From the IMG/VR virus record IMGVR_UViG_3300032401_000002, positions 32,001 through 96,000 of that record: a stretch of DNA of 64,000 nt, one strand, 5' to 3'. Numbering within the stretch: position 1 is the first letter of the stretch; every line of letters starts with the position of its first letter. Below, one piece after another: positions 9,340 to 18,901 of the stretch. Under the pieces are notes generated by a model that saw nothing but the letters and a program-made list of their open reading frames with translations, did no database searches and was not told the origin of the DNA. The stretch is from a virus. The translations under genes were made by a program, and so were the position numbers.

Positions 9340-10407
9340 TTAGGCTCCAAATGAGGGTCTGCAACGGTCGATTAAATCGTGAATCTCATCGTCTTCGAGA
9401 TCGGCCAAATCGCCCTTCTCAAGCGCTACATTGGGCACTACGAAAGTCGCTGCGAGGTCGCTCAAGCGGGCCGTCAATTCCTTGAGGGCTTTCTGCCCAG
9501 CACCCTTCACCAAGACACCCTTGGCGTTCACGTAATCTGGGTCGGAGTCGTACGACAAGACAAGCATGCCGAGTGCTCCAAGAAGACGTACCTGCACGTC
9601 GGAGACGCTTGCTCCGAAGGTAGCCACAGCGGTGTAATCAAGCTCGTGCAACCGATGGACGGTGAACACACTCTCAACAACAATCACAGGCTCTCCCCGG
9701 CGTGCAGCTTCCACAGCCCGGCCCCAGTTGTACAGGGTCTGAGCCTTCGGGAAGTCATCAGAGTTGGTGTACTTCGGTACCCACTTGGGGCGATCTTCCT
9801 CGATCCACCGCTCCTGGTACCCTACGAGCCTGTCCTCCCAGTAGTGAGGAATGACGATGGCCGGTGCGACGTACTCTTTGCCGCCCTTGATCCTTCTGCG
9901 CTCGGAGTCATACTTGATCTGGAAATCCTCGACCGTCTGAGGGTCTTTGATGCCCCACTTGTCCAGCAAGGCCACAGGAGCCGATTCTAGCTTCTCAATG
10001 ACCGAATTGGAGTAGTAGGGAAGGGTAACCCCTCGACGCCTCTTAGAAGGCGTCTCAGAGCGTTCTAGGTACCCTTGTAGCTGCTTCATGAAAGCCACAT
10101 CGTCTTCGCCGTCAACATCGGCGTCAGAGAAGGGTGCCAGGTATCGCAGAGCCTCGTCCCACGAGACTATGCCCAACACCTTCATGGCCAGAGATGGCAA
10201 GATACCACCCTCGTTGCATGTGAAGCAATTCCACAAGAAGGTGTCATCGTTGACAGAGAATGACGGGTTGGCATCGGCCCCCGGATGTGTCGGCAGGGGA
10301 CAAGAGGCGAAGTGCTCGCCACGGTTGACGTAGTTGACCCGGACACCCATTTCATCCAGGACTTCTTCTAGTCTCAGTGACTGGCTGATGTCATCCCAGG
10401 TAACCAC
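9340..10407 (-). CDS. dnaG: DNA primase (CHC2 zinc finger + TOPRIM)
   Basis: CPLPTH..DANPSF...WNCFTC; VIVVES; DSD; GDLAD. Confidence 0.9.
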   Translation of the reverse strand: MVTWDDISQSLRLEEVLDEMGVRVNYVNRGEHFASCPLPTHPGADANPSFSVNDDTFLWNCFTCNEGGILPSLAMKVLGIVSWDEALRYLAPFSDADVDGEDDVAFMKQLQGYLERSETPSKRRRGVTLPYYSNSVIEKLESAPVALLDKWGIKDPQTVEDFQIKYDSERRRIKGGKEYVAPAIVIPHYWEDRLVGYQERWIEEDRPKWVPKYTNSDDFPKAQTLYNWGRAVEAARRGEPVIVVESVFTVHRLHELDYTAVATFGASVSDVQVRLLGALGMLVLSYDSDPDYVNAKGVLVKGAGQKALKELTARLSDLAATFVVPNVALEKGDLADLEDDEIHDLIDRCRPSFGA

Positions 10408-11675
10408 TAGACTACGTTGGTGATCTTGAAGGTCGAATCCTTGCTCAAGTCAACGCTCATCTCCCACACGGTTGGCTCGTACGACCGAGACTCGATCACG
10501 CCCATGTGGATGAGGTTCTGCGCCTTCATATCCTTGGTCGCATGTACGCCCAGGATGGTGTCCGCCACCTGGCCGATTGAGTCCGACAGTCCGATCTTGG
10601 ATAGGTCGGCCATCTCGTTTAGCCCCGCAGCCTCGCGGTTGAACTGAGCGGCCACGTAGATGGGCATGTGCTGAGTAGCATCCTTGAGATCCTCGCAGAT
10701 GAAAGACACTTCGCGATGGCGCTGATCGACGCTCGCCTTGCGGACGGATTCGATGAACGACAACTGATCGATGTAGAGAGCCTCGGCCCCCAACTCGATA
10801 GCCTCCTGCATCATCTGCTGGACAGTGCGCTCCCCACGAGGGGGTCGTCGGAAGTAGATCTTGTTGGGGTTGTTGAATGCATCGCGCGCAGCCTTATCCA
10901 ACTCACCCAGCGCCGCTGGACTGAGATTGTGGAGCTTGAAGTCTCGGTAGCTCACGCCAGCGATGATGCATGTGTATCGCTCCATCATCTCCTCGGGCGG
11001 CATCTCCAGAGTGTCGAACACCACGCTCCGAGACTCAGTCCAGACAGCGGCAGTTGCTGACCACAGAAGCTGCCAAGACTTGTAGCGCTTGGGTCGAGCG
11101 ATGATGAAGGTAAGCTCGTCTGTCTTGAGACCACCCAGTGACTTGTCAAGCTCTTCGAATCCAAACGTGACTCCCTGGATCGCGCCGTGCTTGAGGCGCT
11201 CGTGGTACTTGTCCACGACCTCGGCAACCTCGGACGAATCCATCGTGTGCTTGCGATCAGCCGTCTCGGCTCGAATGCGATTGAACTCGCTGAGACCAAT
11301 CCGCAGAGCCTCCTCGGGATTGCCCGCGTTGCGCCCCAACGTCGTGATGACGCGCTTCATCTGCTGACGCTGATAGCGCTCTCGCAGCTTCGTGATAACG
11401 TACCCAATCGGGGCGATAGGCGTGTCGAACTCGTCGTACCCCGTCTCCTCTTCGAGCACACCGCGCGACGGAGGCTCACGGTACTCGTCCATGTACGAGA
11501 TGACGAACTCAAGAGCGGTGCGGATACCATCGTCGCTATCACCGATCAGTTCGGACGATAGGCGCTCTTTCCAGATCGCGCGACAGCCTGCCGGGGTGGC
11601 CATGTGATCAAGAAGCTGATCCTCTAGGACAAGTCCGGCGTACTCCTCGACAACGTCTTCCGTCTCGGTCGTCAT
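10407..11675 (-). CDS. dnaB: DnaB-like replicative helicase
   Basis: GVTFGFEELD..LGGL, LEMP, IDQL, AAQFNR, SDSIGQVAD; ATG 11675 overlaps the dnaC stop. Confidence 0.88.
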   Translation of the reverse strand: MTTETEDVVEEYAGLVLEDQLLDHMATPAGCRAIWKERLSSELIGDSDDGIRTALEFVISYMDEYREPPSRGVLEEETGYDEFDTPIAPIGYVITKLRERYQRQQMKRVITTLGRNAGNPEEALRIGLSEFNRIRAETADRKHTMDSSEVAEVVDKYHERLKHGAIQGVTFGFEELDKSLGGLKTDELTFIIARPKRYKSWQLLWSATAAVWTESRSVVFDTLEMPPEEMMERYTCIIAGVSYRDFKLHNLSPAALGELDKAARDAFNNPNKIYFRRPPRGERTVQQMMQEAIELGAEALYIDQLSFIESVRKASVDQRHREVSFICEDLKDATQHMPIYVAAQFNREAAGLNEMADLSKIGLSDSIGQVADTILGVHATKDMKAQNLIHMGVIESRSYEPTVWEMSVDLSKDSTFKITNVV

Positions 11676-12493
11676 GTGATGGGCCATGCCTCTCCGTTCA
11701 ACTGAAGCTCACGGTTATGAAGGTCGAACTGGTCACTCAGGCGATAGTCAGCCCCGGTCAAGTCGATGGTCAAGTTCTTACCCCAGATGAGTGAGAACAC
11801 TCGGGGGAAGACCTTCTCCAGAACGTCTGGGGTCATGTTGGTTGTGATGATCGTCGGGAAGTCATTGTCAGCACGAGGGCGGATCAGAGCCTCAAGCTCG
11901 TCAGCGAAGAAACGCTTCTGAGCGTCCGAACCCGGCTCGCGCACTTCGTCTAGAACGAGAAGGTCAGCGGTCTGCACACGCTTGATCTTGAACTCGCGCT
12001 CCTTACGATCCTCGATGTCGTAGTACGACTTGACTTCGTAGAAGGGTGCGAACCATCCGTCCACGCCGGACTTGACGAGGCGCTTCAGAGTCGAAGTAGC
12101 TCCCCATGTCTTGCCGGTGCCCAGCCCCGACGAGAAGAACGTCAACCCCTCGCCATTCAGACCACCGCGCTCGAAGTTGGCGACGTAGTAGTCCATCGCC
12201 TCTTTGGCTTCACGCTGATTATCTGTGTCGGTTGGCCACTCTGCCCAGATGAGCTTCTGGTACCTGATCGGGATGTTGTGCAGGAAGTAGAGCATCGACA
12301 GACGCAGCGCGACATGGATGCCGCCCGGCCCGACTGGGCACTCGTACTCCTTCCCCTGATAGGCATACCGACCCTCGTTGAGACAGACCGGGCACACCTT
12401 CCCGGACTGTGTCTTGGACACATATCCGGGATGGCGCTCGATCTGCTCAAGCTGAGAGTCAGTGAAGGTCGTCTTGAAGTCGGCGGGGATCAC
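11672..12493 (-). CDS. DnaC/IstB-like helicase loader ATPase
   Basis: GLGTGKT, LLVLDEV, PTIITTN. Confidence 0.88.
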   Translation of the reverse strand: MIPADFKTTFTDSQLEQIERHPGYVSKTQSGKVCPVCLNEGRYAYQGKEYECPVGPGGIHVALRLSMLYFLHNIPIRYQKLIWAEWPTDTDNQREAKEAMDYYVANFERGGLNGEGLTFFSSGLGTGKTWGATSTLKRLVKSGVDGWFAPFYEVKSYYDIEDRKEREFKIKRVQTADLLVLDEVREPGSDAQKRFFADELEALIRPRADNDFPTIITTNMTPDVLEKVFPRVFSLIWGKNLTIDLTGADYRLSDQFDLHNRELQLNGEAWPIT

Positions 12494-13212
12494 TCGCTAA
12501 GTGTAGCTGATGCGTCGAGTAGCAGCGACTCGTCCTCTTCCACTTGTGCGATTTCTGTGATCTCCTGAACACCGTTCTCGGCGATGTCCGTGATCGTCTG
12601 GTGCATGAACGCCGCGCGCTCCTCGACCGTAGGCTGATCGAGACGCTGGAGCCGGATGCCGAAGTTCTGGAAGATCATCTGAAGCGCATCGTCCAGTCGG
12701 TTGTTGTAGTTGGCCTCGTCGTCGTTCGCGCCTGGTAGGATCAGGCCCGCCGTCTTGGGGATGTAGAAGGCGAACGAGTACCTGAAGGTGCTCAGGAACA
12801 GATACGTCAACTGCGTCATGGCGATCTGCTGAACCTGTAGCTGCTGCTGCTGCTGCTCGGTCTGGATACCCCGCAGGATGTTCTCCATGTTGACTCCGGT
12901 GTGGGCCATGTTGTCCAGGGCCGTACCCAGTGTGATGAAGTTCTGCTTCGCGTAGAGGTACGCCTGCTCCTGCTCGTAGCGGCGCATGAAGATCCTCAGA
13001 TCCTCCTTCCATCCACCGAAGAGTCCAACCGCCTGGTTGAGATCTTCGAGAATGGCATTGCCTCCGTTGGGGATCACATTGAGACCCTTAACGGTCTGCT
13101 CTTCGAACCACGATGCCGAGAGATCCTTGTATGCCTCGGCTACCGCCTGCTTGCCACTGTCGGGTGCCCCAACCAACGCGATGGCGATTGGGAACTCAAG
13201 TGCTGTGCTCAT
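12490..13212 (-). CDS. P-loop kinase/AAA-like protein
   Basis: N-terminal IALVGAPDSGKQ (degenerate Walker A). Confidence 0.55.
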   Translation of the reverse strand: MSTALEFPIAIALVGAPDSGKQAVAEAYKDLSASWFEEQTVKGLNVIPNGGNAILEDLNQAVGLFGGWKEDLRIFMRRYEQEQAYLYAKQNFITLGTALDNMAHTGVNMENILRGIQTEQQQQQLQVQQIAMTQLTYLFLSTFRYSFAFYIPKTAGLILPGANDDEANYNNRLDDALQMIFQNFGIRLQRLDQPTVEERAAFMHQTITDIAENGVQEITEIAQVEEDESLLLDASATLSE

Positions 13213-13892
13213 ACTTCGTCTTCCTCCTTGGCTACCTTGATCGGTAGCAGTCTAACCTGGGGCGTCCCAGGAGTGCTGTACTTCTGGAACATCCACAGAA
13301 GTTCGGGGTACTTGGCGATTGCCGCCTCGGCCTTGTCTTCGTCCAAGGTGTACGTCGTGTGTGTCTCGACCTTGATCGTATCGAGCGCGGCATGGTACAC
13401 ATCGTCATCGATGAGAACACCTTCGTCTTCATCGGCGTCGAGGAACTCCCACATCTCCTTGGCCAAGAACTCGGCTCCGACCATGGCTATCGTACGACCA
13501 TACCGCTTGCCGTCCACCGTGAACTCGAACTTCTTGAGCGTCTCGTTCTCCTCAAGCGTGATGACCGCTTGCTCAGCGTCGGGAAGGATACCCACGACGC
13601 GCCACTCGGGATATTCACGAGCGGCCCACTTCTCGTAGTCCCAGTCGAACGGAGCCAACGTGTCATTGGTAACCGTGACCACCTGACGAAGCAGTTCGAC
13701 TTCATCTCGAACCACTGCCGTCATTAGTTCGAGCATCGGCCCCTTCACCTGGGTCTTGACCTTCGCCGCTTCCTTCTCTTCGGCGTCCGCCTTGCCATAG
13801 CTCTTGGCTAGCTCGTATAGCTCGTCACGAGAGGATGGGTCTTGACTGAGATCCGACTCGATCTCAACAGGGGCTGCCTTGAATCTAGCCAT
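13209..13892 (-). CDS. hypothetical protein
   Basis: 227 aa ORF coupled to its neighbours. Confidence 0.75.
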   Translation of the reverse strand: MARFKAAPVEIESDLSQDPSSRDELYELAKSYGKADAEEKEAAKVKTQVKGPMLELMTAVVRDEVELLRQVVTVTNDTLAPFDWDYEKWAAREYPEWRVVGILPDAEQAVITLEENETLKKFEFTVDGKRYGRTIAMVGAEFLAKEMWEFLDADEDEGVLIDDDVYHAALDTIKVETHTTYTLDEDKAEAAIAKYPELLWMFQKYSTPGTPQVRLLPIKVAKEEDEV

Positions 13893-14190
13893 TGATCACT
13901 ACCACCTTTGTCGGCCCTCCACACTCAGGGCAGATTCTGTCTCTCTGTTGATCGGTCGTTTGGGGCTGAGAGTCAAGCTCCGACCAGTTGCAAATCTGTT
14001 CCAAGGCTTCTCTCTGGTGCCTACATCGGCCACGAAACTCATAGCCAGGGCACTCACAGACAGCCTCTGCTTCGTTTCGATCCCATGGTGGGAGAGTGAC
14101 CAAGTAGTAGGCCGACTCATCTGTAGCCGAAGGCACAGCAACCTCTTGCCAGCCTCCCAGCATCGAGCACTCTTGAATCACCTGTGACAT
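13885..14190 (-). CDS. SWIM zinc-finger protein
   Basis: CECPGYEFRGRCRH plus C-terminal CPECGG; likely start ATG 14190. Confidence 0.8.
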   Translation of the reverse strand: MSQVIQECSMLGGWQEVAVPSATDESAYYLVTLPPWDRNEAEAVCECPGYEFRGRCRHQREALEQICNWSELDSQPQTTDQQRDRICPECGGPTKVVVING

Positions 14191-14551
14191 CCTACTCAGC
14201 TTACCAGGGTGCCCACTAGGCAGTACCGTCACCTACGTAACCATACGGCTCCATGGCGGGAAAGGTTTCGTAGGGAGCCAAGAAACCCCTGCAAATGACC
14301 ACTTTACGCAGCGCGCGAAAGTTACGTAGGTTTGGCGTGAATCCCTTGTTGAGAATAGTTCTCATTAGGTTCCCCCGTCACCCCCTCCAGATTCTTGAAT
14401 CTCTGGATTCTCTGTGCGCTTCTCGCTTTCCTTCAAGATCATCAGATAACCATAATGGTCTCTTTATCGACACAAATCGCGAACAACTTTAGAAACGAGA
14501 AGAGGCCCCTCCTGGAGCCTCTTCAACGTTCGCGGGATGTACCCTGACGGG

Positions 14552-14758
14552 CTACTCCCCCGGATCTGCTCCGTACCGCAGCCACTTCTCAGCAGCCACG
14601 AGGGCAGGGGTCACAACAGCAAGAACTACCCACTGATACCCTGACGGGACAATCGAGAGGACATCTGGGCTAGATACCCAGGTGATCAGCGCAGCAACAC
14701 CTAGAGCACCTAGGGTACGCGCGAAGCGGAGTAGAACAGTCTTGGTCTTTGCGGTCAT
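14552..14758 (-). CDS. small two-TM membrane protein (holin-like)
   Basis: Two hydrophobic segments; SD AGGAGG before ATG 14758. Confidence 0.65.
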   Translation of the reverse strand: MTAKTKTVLLRFARTLGALGVAALITWVSSPDVLSIVPSGYQWVVLAVVTPALVAAEKWLRYGADPGE

Positions 14759-14933
14759 GAAACCTCCTGGATTGAACAATGTGGTCACCAGTTAGGGGGG
14801 TGCAGTTTGCTCATTTAGGGTATCGATTTCCGCCTAGCGAGGGGTCTGGTAAGATAACATTTGGGTCATCCTCCAAAGCGTTGCGGAGCTTCACCTTACT
14901 CTACACACAGACATATTCGAAAGACAGGGAAGA

Positions 14934-16808
14934 GTGACCTCTAGTACCTTGATCGGCTCTGATAGCCGACAAATCCTTCAAGACTTGGTGCATTATCGCA
15001 CCTACGCAGGAACCCAGCAGAACGGTAAGAAAGAGACTCGCGAGCAAGTCATCGACAGAGTCCGGGACATGCACCAGACGATGTTCCCGTGGTTCTCGGA
15101 CGAAATCGCTGATGTCTTCCAGGAGGTTTACGCAGGACGGACAGTTCCTTCTATGCGTACCATGCAATTCGGTGGGATGCCCATCTTCAGAAGCAACGCG
15201 CGAGGGTACAACTGTGCCTTTGCTGCGCTGACCTCTTGGAAGGACTTCGCCGACATGTTCTGGCTCCTGATGAACGGAGTCGGCACTGGCTATTCCGTCC
15301 AGCAGCATCACATCGACCAGCTACCCGTGGTTCACGCATTCGAGGGGCAGACATTCACGGTGCCCGACTCGAAGGAGGGTTGGGCTGATGGAATCGTCGC
15401 TCTGCTCGCGAACCCCCAGGTCAAGATCATCACCGACCTGATTCGGCCCAAGGGTGCCCCGATCTCATCTGGTGGTACAGCCTCAGGCCCTGAGTCGTTG
15501 TCGGAGATGTACGAGAAAGTGAGAGCGATTCTCATTAGTGCTGTGGGCCGCAAGCTCACGTCACTGGAGTGCTTTGATGTCATGTGTCACATCGCAGACG
15601 TGGTTGTAGTCGGAGGCGTTCGACGCGCGGCAACAATTGCTCTCTTCGACGCTGACGACAACTCTATGCTCTCGGCCAAGCAAGGATCATGGTGGGAAGA
15701 CAACGCCCAGCGCATGAGGGCTAACATCTCAGCCGTCCTGGTTCGGAGCGATCCTAACTTTGAGACCAAGCTCCGTCACATCCTGGATATGTGCTTCAAG
15801 TCCAACTGCGGGGAGCCGGGCGTGTCGTTGACAAATGACAGGGAGTACGGATTTAACCCCTGCCATGAGATCAGCCTGCGTGATGGCCAGATGTGCAACT
15901 TGACTGAAGTCAACGCGGCGGCTTGCTCTACCGAAGCAGAGTTCTTCGACGCGGTGTCTTCGGCAGCAGCCATTGGCACGCTTCAGGCTGCCTACACAAA
16001 CTTCGAGTACCTTCAGCCGAAGTGGAAGAAGAACTGCGAGCTTGACGCTCTTCTCGGAGTTAGCATCACCGGCCAAGCTGCCGCGTGGGATCTGTTGACC
16101 CCTGAGGTCTTGGCGCGTGGAGCCGAAGAAGCCGCTCGTGTCAATCGCGAATGGGCACAGAAGCTGGGTATCAACTACGCCGCGCGGGTGACCACGACGA
16201 AGCCTTCTGGTTCTACTTCTGCGTGGTGGGGAACGACCAGTGGTATTCATGCCGCTCACTCCCCATACTACCTCCGTCGAGTTCGCGTTGACCGCAAGGA
16301 TGCATTCGGTCAGCACCTGATCGAGGCGTACGGCGAAGGCGAGGCCGAGTCGGGTTCCTTCGTGGAGTCGGACGCTTACGCGCCTGAGAACATCATCGTG
16401 ACGGTGCCCGTCCACATGAACGGGGCGATCTATCGCGAAGGCGAGACAGCTATCGCACTGATGGAGCGCTCGAAGCACATCTTCGAGAATTGGATCATGC
16501 CCGGCCACAGCACTGGCCCGAATCCTCACAACGTTAGCTTGACCGTGAGCTACCGACCCGAAGAGCAGGCAGAGATCACCGAGTGGATGGTAGACAACTC
16601 CGACTCATGGGCTGGCATCAGTCTCCTGCCCTACGACGGTGGCAACTATACCCAAGCTCCATTCGAAGAGATCAGCGAGCACGAGTTCTTCCAGTGGCTC
16701 AAGAAGGTACCAAGCGTTGTGGACTTTGGAGTCATCGACTTCACAGCACAAGTGGATGAGCGGTTGGGCGAGCTTGCATGCTTCGGCGGACAGTGCGAGG
16801 TCATCTGA
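14934..16808 (+). CDS. nrdJ: class II (adenosylcobalamin-dependent) ribonucleoside-triphosphate reductase
   Basis: YNC, GGVRRAATI, NPCHEI, CNLTE, KPSGS, C-terminal CFGGQCE. Confidence 0.95.
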   Translation: MTSSTLIGSDSRQILQDLVHYRTYAGTQQNGKKETREQVIDRVRDMHQTMFPWFSDEIADVFQEVYAGRTVPSMRTMQFGGMPIFRSNARGYNCAFAALTSWKDFADMFWLLMNGVGTGYSVQQHHIDQLPVVHAFEGQTFTVPDSKEGWADGIVALLANPQVKIITDLIRPKGAPISSGGTASGPESLSEMYEKVRAILISAVGRKLTSLECFDVMCHIADVVVVGGVRRAATIALFDADDNSMLSAKQGSWWEDNAQRMRANISAVLVRSDPNFETKLRHILDMCFKSNCGEPGVSLTNDREYGFNPCHEISLRDGQMCNLTEVNAAACSTEAEFFDAVSSAAAIGTLQAAYTNFEYLQPKWKKNCELDALLGVSITGQAAAWDLLTPEVLARGAEEAARVNREWAQKLGINYAARVTTTKPSGSTSAWWGTTSGIHAAHSPYYLRRVRVDRKDAFGQHLIEAYGEGEAESGSFVESDAYAPENIIVTVPVHMNGAIYREGETAIALMERSKHIFENWIMPGHSTGPNPHNVSLTVSYRPEEQAEITEWMVDNSDSWAGISLLPYDGGNYTQAPFEEISEHEFFQWLKKVPSVVDFGVIDFTAQVDERLGELACFGGQCEVI

Positions 16809-17095
16809 TGAACCTCAAGCAAGAGATCCGTCACGGCGAGGTCATCATCGACTTCTATGCTGAGTGGTGTGGCCCGTGCCACGCCGTGGCCCCTGTCCTT
16901 GACAAGGTCAGCCTTGACACGGGCATCAAGATCGTCAAGGTAGACATTGACGCCGAGCGCGAGATCAGCGAGACGTTCGGGGTTGTGTCCATCCCGACGA
17001 TGGTCTACATGATCAATGGAGACGAACAGGCTCGCGTCACTGGCGCTCTCCCTAAGGACAAGTTGATGGCTGCTTTGGGGATCATCGGCACGTAG
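16808..17095 (+). CDS. trxA: thioredoxin
   Basis: DFYAEWCGPC, SIPT; TGATG coupling to nrdJ. Confidence 0.95.
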   Translation: MNLKQEIRHGEVIIDFYAEWCGPCHAVAPVLDKVSLDTGIKIVKVDIDAEREISETFGVVSIPTMVYMINGDEQARVTGALPKDKLMAALGIIGT

Positions 17096-17097
17096 GG

Positions 17098-17127
17098 TTG
17101 ACTGCCTTGTGGGTCGTGTGCTACAGT
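17098..17127 (+). promoter_or_regulatory. sigma70-type promoter of the RNA island
   Basis: TTGACT-N18-TACAGT with extended -10 TG. Confidence 0.7.
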
Positions 17128-17243
17128 TAGACCTCAAGTGTGAAGCGCCTCTGCTAACGAGGCACCGAGATCGGGAACGCCCTCTCTGACCCCCTCGGTG
17201 AAAGAAAGAGAGGGCCGTGGCCCCGTGGAGACGGGGCAAAGAT

Positions 17244-17273
17244 TTCAACTGCTTCTGAACCGTGTACTATAAT
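17244..17273 (+). promoter_or_regulatory. second promoter of the RNA island
   Basis: TTCAAC-N18-TATAAT. Confidence 0.6.
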
Positions 17274-17483
17274 TTGGGGGCAAGCAGTTACTGAAGGTAT
17301 ACCGATGGTGTAGTTTGCCATCTGATCGCCTGGCTCTTCGGAGCAGGGAGATACATAGTTCGGGTAGCCCATCTGGCGCAGCATTGCTACGGGGATCGCA
17401 ACCGAGGCAGATGCCGAACGAAGTAGAGTTTCGAGACTGGGGGTCGATCCCCAAGGTTGGCCCCCAGTCTCAAAGTTTATCGT

Positions 17484-17555
17484 CGCGGATTGGAGCAGTG
17501 GTAGCTCGCTAGGCTCATAACCTAGAGGTCGTTGGTTCGAATCCATCATCCGCTA
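17484..17555 (+). tRNA. tRNA-Met(CAT), initiator-like
   Basis: Cloverleaf, C1 mismatch, fMet-type D arm, loop CTCATAA. Confidence 0.9.
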
Positions 17556-17920
17556 TGAGGCCACCGCCCTAATACCCACGGGTAGTCGGGTTGTGCTGGC
17601 CTCTCTAGCTCAGGTGTATAACAGGACGGCTTGCCGTCTGAGGCCACCTGGGAACGGGTACGGGGTGGAGGCTGGTCGCCGTCTGCTTGTGGTGTAGCGT
17701 CGTCTTCGGACGGGGTGTAATCCGCAGGTTTGATATAGAGCAGTCCCACTCCGTCCCACCTATCCCTTTCTAGCTCACACAAGACTGTCGCGAAAGCGGC
17801 ACCACACGCGCATCTATGCGCGGATTGAGCAGGGTGGCACACAACCTTGACCAAAAGAGTGTGTCTGCGCATGAGATCGCAGGAACCATCTCACGGGCAT
17901 GGCCCGTTACAGCCATACTA

Positions 17921-17994
17921 CAGCGTGTAGCTCAGTCTGGTAGAGTGTCCGTCTGGGGGACGGAGAGTCGAGGGTTCGAGTCCCTCCACGCTGA
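17921..17994 (+). tRNA. tRNA-Pro(GGG)
   Basis: Cloverleaf, loop CTGGGGG. Confidence 0.93.
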
Positions 17995-18002
17995 TAGCAT
18001 GA

Positions 18003-18078
18003 CTGGATGTAGCTCAGTTTGGTTCAGAGTACCCGATTCGGATTCGGGGAGTCGGAGGTTCGAATCCTCCCATCCAGA
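18003..18078 (+). tRNA. tRNA-Pro(CGG)
   Basis: Cloverleaf, loop TTCGGAT. Confidence 0.92.
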
Positions 18079-18082
18079 TAGA

Positions 18083-18157
18083 CAGGTCGTAGCTCAGTCT
18101 GGTAAGAGTGCCCGCCTTGGACGCGGGGAGTCGGTGGTTCGAATCCACCCGGCCTGA
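18083..18157 (+). tRNA. tRNA-Pro(TGG)
   Basis: Cloverleaf, loop CTTGGAC. Confidence 0.93.
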
Positions 18158-18391
18158 TACCTCCTATCCTGAGGGGGAACCCCGCGTTGACCGTGGGATC
18201 GTAAGCGCGTCTCGGCGCTCGTGGAAACTACCCGGACATAGGCGGGCAAGTCTGCGAGAACAACCTGGGGCGAAGCGCGTACCCTGCGCGAGCGGTTAAC
18301 AGAGCACAAGGTTTACATGGTTCGGCTCGTCGTGATGGTCTGTCGCGCTCCTTGTGCCGCGCGATGGATGGCAGGCCATCCTGAGCAACTT

Positions 18392-18755
18392 GGGCATGCC
18401 CGGTTTCGACAGTCGTGTATGGGCAATGAGATGCAGCGGGTCGCGGCCTTATCGCGCCAAGCCTTGGACAGGGCAACCACATGCAGACGACAACATCGTC
18501 TCCACGGACTACATCGACAACGGCATCGCCGCTCTCGAAGACTTCCTCGCGGAAGCGTCCCTCGTCACGGTCTAGCGAGTACCAATAGACCGCTGTGTCG
18601 CCCAGCTTAGGCGACTGACTGCTCGGAAAGTGACGAGTTGACCCGGAGAGGGAAAGTCCTCTGCCCTGGTGGAGGGCACACAGCCCCCAAAGAAGCTGCT
18701 AGAAGTCTTGTTGTAACCGCTCGGTTGGACGAGGGTTCGACTCCCTCCATGTCCA
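18392..18755 (+). ncRNA. ssrA: tmRNA
   Basis: Acceptor GGGCATG/CATGTCC-A with G3.U70, 5' GGTTTCGAC, 3' GGACGAGGGTTCGACTCCCTC T arm, tag ORF 18483-18575 starting GCA. Confidence 0.93.
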
Positions 18756-18901
18756 CTGCAAGAATCAAGAAATCCCCTAGGGGCGTCGTTGTCTGCTACC
18801 AGTTCCGCAGGAGCAGCCAGGTGCGGAACACCTGCGAGGCGTATGAGGGAGAGTCACGAGAGTGACACGGAGATGTCTTTCCCTAGGGGCATCTCTCACA
18901 C

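Noticed and set aside
4756-16808. Inteins or group I introns in dnaE, dnaB or nrdJ
   Set aside because: ORFs are continuous, of normal length, and show no C...HN splice motifs.
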